A DNA stretch of 34,042 nucleotides, taken from a virus (lineage: Duplodnaviria > Heunggongvirae > Uroviricota > Caudoviricetes). The position numbers were made by a program, and so were the translations under genes. This document shows positions 19,581 through 28,119 of this stretch, piece after piece. Every line of letters starts with the position of its first letter. Position 1 is the stretch's first letter. The stretch spans positions 1-34,042 of IMG/VR virus record IMGVR_UViG_2571042487_000002; one strand, 5' to 3'. The notes under the pieces were generated by a model, which saw only the letters and a program-made list of their open reading frames with translations, was not told the origin of the DNA and made no database searches.

Positions 19581-20278
19581 GCGAAATTAATTACCGGGCA
19601 CTGCGTGAGATAGCAAAACAGGCAACACAGGGCGAATGGGTCGCATTTATTTCGCCGGGTACTGGTACGTATGCGGTGCATACGCCCGGTGATAAACGAT
19701 GTGAAGACGTTATCAAATGGACCGGCTTTGATGGACTGAAAAACGCAGAGAACAACGCTCGTTATATTGCCGCATTCAACCCAAAGGTTGCACTGGAGCT
19801 ACTTGGTGAAATTAAGCGCCTGGAGGACACAAATATTGATGCTATGTGCCGAATAGCACCGCTTGAGACTAAGCTCGCGGCTCTGGTGGCAGAGAACGCT
19901 GGGCTGAAACACGCAATGGCTGTAACTCTTGATCATGTGTCGGTCACGGATGCAGGGCAGGCCGGAGTTGCTGCAATGATTATCAACGATGCCCTACACC
20001 ACAGCGAAACTCCAGCTACCGATGCTTTTCTGGCTGAAATTCGTGCGGAAGCACGCAACGAGGGGATTAACTATACCGCCAGCCGTCTTGCTGCTGCGTT
20101 CAATCACGGATTTATCAATAAGTCTTTGCGTGAAGTTTTCGACGTTACGCGCATGATTCTGTCAGCGAAAGAAGAGTTGGCTAATGAACCGTACCCGATT
20201 GATGGCCTGTCCGGTGAATATGCGGAGAAATCCCTTGAAGAATGGGCTGAACAGATTCGCAAAGGAGCTGACAAGTGA
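19577..20278 (+). CDS. Ead/Ea22-like accessory protein
   Basis: GTG start after AAAGGAGG; N-terminus VSEINYRALRE... shared with the ORF at 21440; C-terminal block PATDAFLAEIRA shared with the ORF at 20694. Confidence 0.5.
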   Translation: MSEINYRALREIAKQATQGEWVAFISPGTGTYAVHTPGDKRCEDVIKWTGFDGLKNAENNARYIAAFNPKVALELLGEIKRLEDTNIDAMCRIAPLETKLAALVAENAGLKHAMAVTLDHVSVTDAGQAGVAAMIINDALHHSETPATDAFLAEIRAEARNEGINYTASRLAAAFNHGFINKSLREVFDVTRMILSAKEELANEPYPIDGLSGEYAEKSLEEWAEQIRKGADK

Positions 20279-20685
20279 AGAAGATGATTTTTGTCGCGGC
20301 ATTGTTGGTGAATATCCAACAAGTGCATGCTTCAGCAGCTATTGTAGCCTCTACCGCCGCGACTACGGCTGCTGTAGCTGCTGCGAACTCTGCGAATATC
20401 GCAAACCAACAGGCACAGCGTGCTGCTAATGCATCAGCCAGCGTTCACCCAATCACCATTAAGAGCAGTAAGCAAAATCTGGGATTCATAACGTGCGGCA
20501 CGCGTTCTAATGAAGCTGTAGGCTCTCTGGGATGTACGGTATATGGCGATAGTGAGCGCAGAGAAATTCCATGGAAAACGTGGCCCGGATACGTTCTCGG
20601 ATCGAAGCTCCCTGCCAGCTACGAAGTAAATGCCGTATCGTTTGATCACTATAACGGCGTGGCAACTGTCTATTTTACATACTGA
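20275..20685 (+). CDS. Secreted or periplasmic small protein (signal peptide)
   Basis: N-terminus MKKMIFVAALLVNIQQVHA-SAA is a signal-peptide-like h-region with AxA cleavage site; two Cys in the mature part. Confidence 0.5.
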   Translation: MKKMIFVAALLVNIQQVHASAAIVASTAATTAAVAAANSANIANQQAQRAANASASVHPITIKSSKQNLGFITCGTRSNEAVGSLGCTVYGDSERREIPWKTWPGYVLGSKLPASYEVNAVSFDHYNGVATVYFTY

Positions 20686-20693
20686 GGCTCCGC

Positions 20694-21443
20694 ATGAAAT
20701 TCTCCAAATTTTCTGAGTTGGTGAATCGTATTTTGTTGAATCGTATTTTGTCCAACAACCACAGCCATCGTCGCGATATGGATGTAACGATCGTTGTTCA
20801 TTCGCCTGGCAGCATTGGTTCAACACCTTCAGTTGAGGTTCAGTCAATTCACGCTGGTTTTGATTGGGATTCCGGGAAAGTGCTTATTTTCCCATCACAG
20901 CCACTGACCACGCTAACACCAGAACAGATTACTGATATCACTGATAGTGTGCGCAAAGGTCAGTCTTGGCACGCATATCAGGAATACAAGAAGCATCAAG
21001 AGCAGTTGGAAAAATTGTCGATTGAACTGGATGCCGCAAAACAGCGCATTGCAGAGCTGGATGGTAATCGCACGGCGCTGGCAGTGGAGAATGAGCTGGC
21101 TCGTAAGGCAGTTCAGGCATTCTGCGATGTTGTTGGCGACAACACCGAGGTTATCGCTGAGGTGGTTGGGCGAGATGGCGTTCTGGTTATTTTGGAGGCC
21201 ATGAAGGCAACAGGAAATATGCCAGCCACCGATGCTTTCCTGGCTGAAGTGCGGGCGCAGGGCGTGGATGCTGCTATAGAAGCTGCAAAAAATCTGGTGG
21301 CCCAAGAATATGAGTATAAGGATTTCAAAGCGGCGCAGAGTGATTGCTGTATGCACCCTGGTTCAGACCTGGTAGGGAAGGTTGAAATGACTGAGTGGTT
21401 AGTTGACTTTGCTGCCCAGCTTCGCAAAGGAGGCAACCAGTGA
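20694..21443 (+). CDS. Ead/Ea22-like coiled-coil accessory protein
   Basis: Central coiled coil; C-terminus ...FAAQLRKGGNQ and a PATDAFLAEVRA block. Confidence 0.5.
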   Translation: MKFSKFSELVNRILLNRILSNNHSHRRDMDVTIVVHSPGSIGSTPSVEVQSIHAGFDWDSGKVLIFPSQPLTTLTPEQITDITDSVRKGQSWHAYQEYKKHQEQLEKLSIELDAAKQRIAELDGNRTALAVENELARKAVQAFCDVVGDNTEVIAEVVGRDGVLVILEAMKATGNMPATDAFLAEVRAQGVDAAIEAAKNLVAQEYEYKDFKAAQSDCCMHPGSDLVGKVEMTEWLVDFAAQLRKGGNQ

Positions 21444-21928
21444 GCGAAATTAATTACCAGGCACTGCGTGAGGCGGCGGAACGTGCAATTCCAGCAATGG
21501 AACGCCTGTTAATGTTGCCAGCTGATGATGATTTGTTAAGTGAACAGGAACTTAAAGATTACGGTGTGGATATTGATGCGCTCAACGCCTTCAAATTTCT
21601 GGCCGGACCAGAAACCGTGCTGGCACTACTGGATGAACGGGAAAGGAACCAGCAATACATCAAATCCCGCGACCAGGAGAACGAGGATATTGCGCTAACG
21701 GTAGGGAAGTTGCGCGTTGAGCTTGAGGCAGAAAAACAGCGGGCAAAGGATCTGTTTATGGAAAATGCTCGGCTTAAGTCAGGTATAGCCGGTCTGATAC
21801 ACCTCGGTATTCGATATGCAGATGTTGATGTCATGAAAATTGCTGGAGATGCCCAGCTTTCTACCCCATGCACTGACAGCATCATAAACAGCATTGCAAC
21901 AGGCATTCGCATCAACGGAGGTGAGTAG
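21440..21928 (+). CDS. Ead/Ea22-like accessory protein
   Basis: GTG start after AAAGGAGG; N-terminus VSEINYQALRE. Confidence 0.5.
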   Translation: MSEINYQALREAAERAIPAMERLLMLPADDDLLSEQELKDYGVDIDALNAFKFLAGPETVLALLDERERNQQYIKSRDQENEDIALTVGKLRVELEAEKQRAKDLFMENARLKSGIAGLIHLGIRYADVDVMKIAGDAQLSTPCTDSIINSIATGIRINGGE

Positions 21929-22104
21929 TGCGTGTGGCATGTATTGGCTTGTTACCGTACCCGACTCGTTTTTGGGCTTCTGCGCTAATTGCAAAGCCAC
22001 AGGTCCTGATGGCTGACAACATCACCCCAGCACCAAAGCGCCGCCATACCGGTATTGCAGCGGCACGACGAGCAGCAAAGAGACGCAGGAGAGCAAAGCG
22101 ATGA
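21928..22104 (+). CDS. Possible small basic protein (58 aa)
   Basis: GTG start after GGAGGTGAG; Arg/Lys-rich C-terminus (AAARRAAKRRRRAKR); not in the ORF track. Confidence 0.25.
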   Translation: MRVACIGLLPYPTRFWASALIAKPQVLMADNITPAPKRRHTGIAAARRAAKRRRRAKR

Positions 22105-22277
22105 AAAACCGTAAGGCAAAACGACTTTTTTTACAGCGACCTGTGCGTGTGGTGGAGCTGGTTATCAGCAACCATAAGATAGCGGTACTCCATCCATTTG
22201 GTCAGGTGGCTTTTGCCGCAAAGCGTAAGCCTAGCGCGTCACAGAACAGGCGGAAGAAAGGGTACGCAGTAAGATGA
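22101..22277 (+). CDS. Small basic protein (58 aa), paralogue of the next ORF
   Basis: ATGA coupling; MKNRKAKRLFLQRP...KRKPSASQNRRK parallels the ORF at 22274. Confidence 0.35.
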   Translation: MKNRKAKRLFLQRPVRVVELVISNHKIAVLHPFGQVAFAAKRKPSASQNRRKKGYAVR

Positions 22278-22462
22278 AAAACCGTAAAGCAAAGATTCTG
22301 TTAGTTCGTAGAAACGCTCCTGGCGTCTGGCAGTGGGTGAGACTCAGCAACCGACGGATGGGGTTGATGAAATATTACGGGATGATGGATTGTGGTTTTT
22401 GCAAAAAGCCCAGCGCGGCGCAAAACCGCTGGAAAAACCATTTGCGCACTAAAGGAGAGTGA
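22274..22462 (+). CDS. Small basic protein (62 aa)
   Basis: MKNRKAKILLVRRN...KKPSAAQNRWK; contains CGFC. Confidence 0.4.
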   Translation: MKNRKAKILLVRRNAPGVWQWVRLSNRRMGLMKYYGMMDCGFCKKPSAAQNRWKNHLRTKGE

Positions 22463-22463
22463 T

Positions 22464-22979
22464 ATGGCGTTAACACACCGCGAACTCTGTCAGATTGCGT
22501 ACAAGTTCCTTAAGCGCAACGGGTTCAAGGTTTGTTTTCATGACCGCTTTATAGCTGTAACCAGTACCGGAGAACAGCCAGATGCTATGGGGTTCAGAAA
22601 TTCAGCATCATGCCTGATAGAGGCGAAGTGTTCTCGTGCTGATTTGTTGGCAGATAGAAAAAAGCGTTTTCGTAAAAATCCGTCTCTTGGAATGGGCGAC
22701 TGGCGATTCTTTATTAGTGAGCCGGGAATTATTTCAATTGAGGATTTACCACCTGGCTGGGGATTACTTCACGTTGTTAACGGAAGAGTACGGAAAGTAC
22801 ATGGGTGGCCCAAGGGTAATTGCTGTTGGGGTAACCCTGAAGATAAACCTTTTATTGGGAATAAGCAGGTTGAATGCGATTACATGTTATCTGCATTAAG
22901 GCGCATGGAGTTGAGAGGGCACCTTAATGAAATATATGACGGTGTAATTGTTAATAAGAAAGAAGGAAACGCGGCATGA
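22464..22979 (+). CDS. PD-(D/E)xK nuclease-like protein
   Basis: Start refined to the ATG after AAAGGAGAG; GEQPDAMGF...CLIEAKCS fits a PD...E-x-K core. Confidence 0.45.
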   Translation: MALTHRELCQIAYKFLKRNGFKVCFHDRFIAVTSTGEQPDAMGFRNSASCLIEAKCSRADLLADRKKRFRKNPSLGMGDWRFFISEPGIISIEDLPPGWGLLHVVNGRVRKVHGWPKGNCCWGNPEDKPFIGNKQVECDYMLSALRRMELRGHLNEIYDGVIVNKKEGNAA

Positions 22980-23833
22980 TCACTATTACCAAAGAGCGAC
23001 TGCTGACAATCAAGCAGTGGCGCGAAACATACGGACCTGATAGCAACGTTGTACTGCCAGCAGAAGAAGCGGAAGAACTGGCGCGTATCGTGCTGGCATC
23101 GCTGGAAGCAGAGCCTGTTCTGTATCAGTCCTGCACTCGCCCCACCTGGAATAGCGGTGTTCCGTGGACGGAATGGAAAGAACGTAGTCGTGAGTGCTAC
23201 GAAGACGATTTGCGTTTTACAGACACGCCTGACCATGCCGGTTGGATATACAAATGTCGAAAACTATATACCACTCCGCCAGCGCCGATAGCGTTAGAGG
23301 CCATTGAAAACGCAATTGAATACATTCGTAGTATCGCTTTTCACATCGATGAAGACGATTACCACGGCAAACATATTGCGTATTTCATGCGACAAGCATT
23401 GGCCTGGCTGGAAGGGCATTCATGCAGCGACGACAGACTGGGTAAAGCCGACAATCAACCAGTACGCGGCAACCAGGCTGCCGAATCCAATCGCGGTAAT
23501 GAGTGGACCGGCAATCCTGATATTGATAACGCAATCATCATGCTCGACCGCATAGATACGGCGGAAAGTTACGATGATGACCGTATTGAGGCTGTTAAGG
23601 CTGTTTTGCGTAGACTGGCAGGCAACTCTCCGGTAACTCCGGATGGTTGGATAAGCTGTAGTGAGCGAATGCCCCCTCAAGATGATTGGATTTTAATTTA
23701 TTCAAAGCACGGCGAGTATATGGCAGGACAGGTACAAGGGGAATACGTGGAGTTGAGCGACGGCACTTTATCGTGGTTAGGGAACGCCTTGTTCTGGATG
23801 CCGCTACCAGAACCGCCGCAGGAGGCGAAATGA
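22976..23833 (+). CDS. Ead/Ea22-like protein with DUF551-like C-terminus
   Basis: C-terminal WISCSERMPP...WILIY...G...LSWLGNALFWMPLPEPP matches the DUF551 pattern seen in lambdoid accessory genes. Confidence 0.5.
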   Translation: MITITKERLLTIKQWRETYGPDSNVVLPAEEAEELARIVLASLEAEPVLYQSCTRPTWNSGVPWTEWKERSRECYEDDLRFTDTPDHAGWIYKCRKLYTTPPAPIALEAIENAIEYIRSIAFHIDEDDYHGKHIAYFMRQALAWLEGHSCSDDRLGKADNQPVRGNQAAESNRGNEWTGNPDIDNAIIMLDRIDTAESYDDDRIEAVKAVLRRLAGNSPVTPDGWISCSERMPPQDDWILIYSKHGEYMAGQVQGEYVELSDGTLSWLGNALFWMPLPEPPQEAK

Positions 23834-24090
23834 TGGATGTAAAAGAGAAGGTTTTGCAGGTGATGCGTTCCCGTGCTGCCCTACAAGAGAAAGCTCTCGG
23901 CGGTGAATATCCATTCACGATAGCAACCTGGAATCTGCGGTTGGCAATGGAGAAGGAATTTCCTGATGAAGAATGGCGCTCGGCAGATTTGCGCAAAATT
24001 CTTATGGAGCTGGCTAAAGACGGAACAGTATCCAAAGATACCCATGCCAGCCGGATTGGTCAGGCGGTATGGAGACTTGAGGTGCGGTAA
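23830..24090 (+). CDS. Hypothetical protein (86 aa)
   Basis: ATGA coupling to the upstream gene. Confidence 0.35.
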   Translation: MMDVKEKVLQVMRSRAALQEKALGGEYPFTIATWNLRLAMEKEFPDEEWRSADLRKILMELAKDGTVSKDTHASRIGQAVWRLEVR

Positions 24091-24166
24091 TGAGCTGGCC
24101 TGAAGCATTTGCGATTGTAGGCGTAGCTATGGCGATTGCCGCTATTTTTATCTTCTGGGGGTAACG

Positions 24167-24400
24167 ATGGGAAAATTAACTTTTGTTGTCGAATTTGAGG
24201 ATGGCAAAGAGCCACCTGTTAGCGCCAATCTTGATGTTGCTGGTGGCAGGCTGGTTTCGGTTCTATTTGGTGATTACCGCGACGACTTCTTTCAGCCTGA
24301 AGAAGTTGATGTAGTGCGAGAGGCATTAAACGAGTTAAGTGTTGATAACGATGATGCTCATGCGGAAATCATCCAAAAAATGGAACTGCTAACTCACTAA
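24167..24400 (+). CDS. Hypothetical acidic protein (77 aa)
   Basis: ORF; preceded by a 24-codon hydrophobic micro-ORF (24090-24164). Confidence 0.35.
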   Translation: MGKLTFVVEFEDGKEPPVSANLDVAGGRLVSVLFGDYRDDFFQPEEVDVVREALNELSVDNDDAHAEIIQKMELLTH

Positions 24401-24448
24401 ATTATCAATTATGGTGCTATCACCTACGACACCGAGAGAAAATTTATA

Positions 24449-24571
24449 ATGTCAAAAGTAAATGTTTTGATTTTTTCAGCAATTGTTGGCTTTGGTTTTA
24501 CTGCCGGAGTGCAGATTTATATTACGTGGGAAAAAATCATCAACTACGCATGGAGTTGTTTTATTAAGTGA
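24449..24571 (+). CDS. Possible small membrane peptide (40 aa)
   Basis: MSKVNVLIFSAIVGFGFTAGVQIYITWEKIINYAWSCFIK; lies in the A+T-rich islet. Confidence 0.25.
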   Translation: MSKVNVLIFSAIVGFGFTAGVQIYITWEKIINYAWSCFIK

Positions 24572-24578
24572 GGTAAGT

Positions 24579-24872
24579 ATGTGGAGAGGTAATAATCATG
24601 GCAAAAGCCAGATGATACTTACCGAATATAAGCTAGACCACAAAACCAATAAATCACGCTCAGTATATTTGCTCCGGCACAATAGCCGCGTAAGAAATAC
24701 CGTGCTGGAACAAAATCTGACAGTTGAAATGGATAATTGCGGGGAATTCAAGCCAACAATTTCGCTTGATGATTTTCCTCGTGGTTTAAGCGAAAGAGAT
24801 GCAATGCTGAAATTAGCAGAATGGCTACAAAGATTAAGCATTGCTATTGAAGATAACTGGTCTGAACCTTAA
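24579..24872 (+). CDS. Hypothetical protein (97 aa)
   Basis: Start refined to the ATG after AAGTGAGGTAAG; lies in the A+T-rich islet. Confidence 0.4.
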   Translation: MWRGNNHGKSQMILTEYKLDHKTNKSRSVYLLRHNSRVRNTVLEQNLTVEMDNCGEFKPTISLDDFPRGLSERDAMLKLAEWLQRLSIAIEDNWSEP

Positions 24873-24878
24873 ATTTAT

Positions 24879-25253
24879 ATGATGACACTAAAACATTTTC
24901 TTGACCGCCCATTATGGGCGGCAGCCGCAGGCTATGACTTTAATTATATGGATTGCATGTCTTATACTGCCAATGCATACGACCATTCGTTCATCCTGCT
25001 GTTTAATTCTTTAAGAATATTGCCGGAAACAGAAGTTGGAGAGCTTCATTTATGGCTATTGGGCTTTATCGCGGCTGTCGTTGGTATTGCTGTATGGCCT
25101 TTTATTTTCTGGCTGGTGGCTGTTGTAGTGTGGTTTAAGTGCAAGACATACCGGAAAAAGTATTTCTTAGGTGATGGAATGACTGATATTGCCAAAATGA
25201 ACATTGAAGAATGGACTAAGGAATGTGAAAAGAAATGGCGCAAAAAGAAATGA
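24879..25253 (+). CDS. Hypothetical membrane protein (124 aa; 2 predicted TM helices, K-rich tail)
   Basis: LWLLGFIAAVVGIAVWPFIFWLVAVVVWF hydrophobic core; lies in the A+T-rich islet. Confidence 0.4.
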   Translation: MMTLKHFLDRPLWAAAAGYDFNYMDCMSYTANAYDHSFILLFNSLRILPETEVGELHLWLLGFIAAVVGIAVWPFIFWLVAVVVWFKCKTYRKKYFLGDGMTDIAKMNIEEWTKECEKKWRKKK

Positions 25254-25834
25254 CCAGAATCACTGAAGAGCGCATATCAGAGATTATTTCCCGTATCGAA
25301 ATGTATGGTCACGGTGCTGGATATACGGCAGATGAAGTATTGGAAATAGCCCAGCAGATGCTGGCCTTGAGACAAAAAGAGCAACATGAAAGTAATACGT
25401 GTAGATTGAATTTTGAGCATTGGCTGGAACAGCAACGCGGAAAAATCGATGTGGACTGTGGTTGTGTGTCCACTGAAACATTCATGCACTGGCTGTGGGT
25501 AGCTTACGAGGCTGGCACCGGTGAACGTATCCGCATTAAGCCGCATGTTTATCGCGAACTGGTTAACCGTCTCCACGATACAGCGATCAAGTGTGCTGGC
25601 ACCCAGCAATTACGAGAAAGAATTAGCCGTGTTTTGGGCGACGTTATTACACCAGATCATCATAAACAAGCCGAGAAAAGTGACCTGGAAAGGTGTCACC
25701 TTGAGGCGGCATTAAACATTAAGCCGGGGCATACGCTTGGCATTATTGATGCACTATTGGTTCATAAGATGGCCAGGGCTTTATTGCCGCTGGTGGCTGA
25801 AAAGCATGAGGTGGACCATGCCAACGAAAGCTGA
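25235..25834 (+). CDS. Hypothetical protein (199 aa)
   Basis: ORF; no motif recognised. Confidence 0.45.
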   Translation: MAQKEMTRITEERISEIISRIEMYGHGAGYTADEVLEIAQQMLALRQKEQHESNTCRLNFEHWLEQQRGKIDVDCGCVSTETFMHWLWVAYEAGTGERIRIKPHVYRELVNRLHDTAIKCAGTQQLRERISRVLGDVITPDHHKQAEKSDLERCHLEAALNIKPGHTLGIIDALLVHKMARALLPLVAEKHEVDHANES

Positions 25835-26102
25835 ATTACAGGTGCGCGTAGATGAGCTTGAAAAAGAGAACGCGAGCCTCAAAAAAATGCTGTCGCGGGC
25901 GGAAAGGGAATTATCAGGCAAATTATTGCCAGAAGAACTGCCACCAGCAGATATACCTGATCGAGTGTCCTGGTGGATGAAGTATTTCCGTGCACCGTGG
26001 GAGGCGTTTTGGTGCTACGACCATCGCAGATGGTGTGATGAACTTGATAGCAATTTTCCCTACTTTGCGGAAGGGAACACCTGCCCTCAATGCAGGGGAT
26101 AG
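25818..26102 (+). CDS. Hypothetical protein (94 aa) with N-terminal coiled coil and C-terminal CPQC
   Basis: Start refined to the ATG after GAGGTGGACC. Confidence 0.4.
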   Translation: MPTKAELQVRVDELEKENASLKKMLSRAERELSGKLLPEELPPADIPDRVSWWMKYFRAPWEAFWCYDHRRWCDELDSNFPYFAEGNTCPQCRG

Positions 26103-26469
26103 CATTTGACGAAATCGATCACCCTATCCTGAACTTCAGAAAGAAGGTCTTTTTCACGCGCCAGGACGTCAGGATATTGACGTCCTGGCCTTACCAGCTG
26201 CCGGAGCTTCCCATTAAGCAGAATGGCCTCAGAAAACACTTTTACGCTGTGCTTTATCCCCTCTGTTTCACTTTTCAGCGTCAAAATAATGCGCAATTGC
26301 TTATTAGCCTGATTCGGATTCAATACACGAATTTGCAGTTCGTCTATGCTGTTCCGCAATGGGATTGATGCCACCACACTGGTGCAGTCTCTGATTGTCT
26401 GAATTGAACGGCTAACATTGAGAACGTTATTGTGCATGTGCCTGATCCACTAACTCCTGGAGGTTTCTT

Positions 26470-26721
26470 GTGTCAGATCGAAATATAGCAGCTAAAAGCC
26501 AGGAAGAGCGAGACAAGGTGAACGTAGACCTTGCCGCCAGCGGCGTTGCTTACAAAGAACGGCTGAATATACCTGTGATTGCAGAGCAAGTGGCCCGTGA
26601 GCAACCGGAAAACCTGCGCGCCTATTTCATGGAACGGCTACGGCACTACCGGCAGTTAAGCCTCCAGTTGCCAAAAGGGAGCGATCCGGTGTATCAGAAC
26701 GAGGATGCACCAAAAAAATAA
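26470..26721 (+). CDS. hot: Homologue of DNA polymerase III theta subunit (HolE-like)
   Basis: GTG start; core [43 protein letters not shown] closely parallels E. coli HolE ([39 protein letters not shown]...). Confidence 0.8.
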   Translation: MSDRNIAAKSQEERDKVNVDLAASGVAYKERLNIPVIAEQVAREQPENLRAYFMERLRHYRQLSLQLPKGSDPVYQNEDAPKK

Positions 26722-26780
26722 CGGCAAGATGGGGGAGAAATGTGATTAGCCCCCAGCGTGGCGCGCCTACAAACCCCGCT

Positions 26781-26825
26781 TTCACAAACTATGCCTTTTC
26801 AATGTATACTGTATGAATAAACAGT
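26781..26825 (+). promoter_or_regulatory. LexA (SOS) box overlapping a candidate promoter for humD
   Basis: TACTGTATGAATAAACAGT at 26807-26825 (CTGT-N8-ACAG); -35 TTCACA (26781-26786) and -10 TATACT (26805-26810). Confidence 0.7.
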
Positions 26826-26844
26826 GTCATTGAGGTAAAACGCT

Positions 26845-27234
26845 ATGGGCTTCCCTTCTCCTGCGGCGGATTATGTTGAAAGCCGAATTTCTCTTGATCA
26901 GCAGATAATTAGACATCCTTCAGCGACCTACTTCATGCGGGCAGCTGATAGCCATCACCGTGAGGGAATATTGCAGGGTGCTTTGCTGGTGGTTGATTCC
27001 TCGCTTACTCCGGTTGATGGTTCTCTGCTTGTGTGCGCTATGGAGGGTGAATATCGCATAAAGAGATACAGGAAGTATCCGCGCCAGCACCTGGAGGACT
27101 TAAGCACCGGGAAGAAAGAGGCGTTACCAGTAGATGACGATGGATACACGGGCAGTAATGCTGTTTTTGGTGTGATCACTCATGTCATCAATGATGCCCG
27201 AAGTGGGGAATTTGATGATTGTCCGGTTATTTAA
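26845..27234 (+). CDS. humD: UmuD'-like protein (S24 peptidase fold, pre-truncated form)
   Basis: GFPSPAADYVESRISLDQQIIRHPSATYF parallels E. coli UmuD residues ~25-55; lacks the N-terminal arm; the Ser of SGDSM is replaced (AADSH). Confidence 0.85.
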   Translation: MGFPSPAADYVESRISLDQQIIRHPSATYFMRAADSHHREGILQGALLVVDSSLTPVDGSLLVCAMEGEYRIKRYRKYPRQHLEDLSTGKKEALPVDDDGYTGSNAVFGVITHVINDARSGEFDDCPVI

Positions 27235-27306
27235 GCTGCAAAGTGCTGGTGCTTTATGCCTGTGAAGTTTATAATTGTGTACACATAACGAGTACACGAG
27301 GTGTTT

Positions 27307-27528
27307 ATGCAATCCATTAACTTCCGTACCGCGCGCGGCAACCTTTCTGAAGTGCTCAACAATGTTGAAGCCGGGGAAGAGGTTGAAATCACCCGCAGAG
27401 GCCGTGAGCCAGCAGTAATTGTCAGCAAGGCTACTTTCGAAGCCTACAAAAAAGCGGCGCTGGATGCTGAATTTGCATCCCTGTTTGACACCCTGGACTC
27501 CACCAACAAGGAACTGGTTAACCGATAA
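27307..27528 (+). CDS. phd: Phd antitoxin (Phd/YefM family)
   Basis: 73 aa, [49 protein letters not shown]...; TAATG coupling to doc. Confidence 0.9.
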
Positions 27529-27908
27529 TGAGGCATATATCACCGGAAGAACTTATTGCGCTTCATGATGCGAATATAAGCCGCTACGGCGGCCTGCCTG
27601 GCATGTCAGATCCGGGCAGGGCAGAGGCCATTATCGGGAGAGTTCAGGCCAGAGTTGCCTACGAAGAGATCACCGACCTTTTCGAAGTCTCCGCCACCTA
27701 CCTGGTGGCTACAGCGAGAGGGCATATATTCAATGATGCCAATAAGCGTACCGCGCTAAACAGCGCGCTGCTATTTCTACGCCGTAACGGGGTGCAGGTA
27801 TTTGATTCACCTGAACTGGCAGACCTTACTGTAGGCGCTGCGACTGGCGAGATATCTGTATCTTCTGTCGCCGACACGTTACGTAGATTGTATGGTTCTG
27901 CGGAGTAG
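27528..27908 (+). CDS. doc: Doc toxin (Fic/Doc family kinase)
   Basis: 126 aa with the Doc signature [11 protein letters not shown]. Confidence 0.9.
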
Positions 27909-27912
27909 ATTA

Positions 27913-28092
27913 ATGGCACGCAAATACAACAAATTGTCCCGTGAAGCGTTAAAGATGCTTCTTGATGGCGTGAGTCGCCGCGAGGTAAAGCAATACCTGG
28001 TTGGTAAGCAAATTGGAGCCAGGACTGCTATTGCTGTGTTATGCCGTCAGGAAATGGTTGTGCTTAAACAGAGAATGCCGGGCAGCAGATAA
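27913..28092 (+). CDS. Small hypothetical protein downstream of doc
   Basis: Start refined to the ATG after GGAG; position corresponds to P1 pdcA. Confidence 0.4.
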   Translation: MARKYNKLSREALKMLLDGVSRREVKQYLVGKQIGARTAIAVLCRQEMVVLKQRMPGSR

Positions 28093-28119
28093 AGCCCAAT
28101 CAGTGATGAAAGGTGTGAT

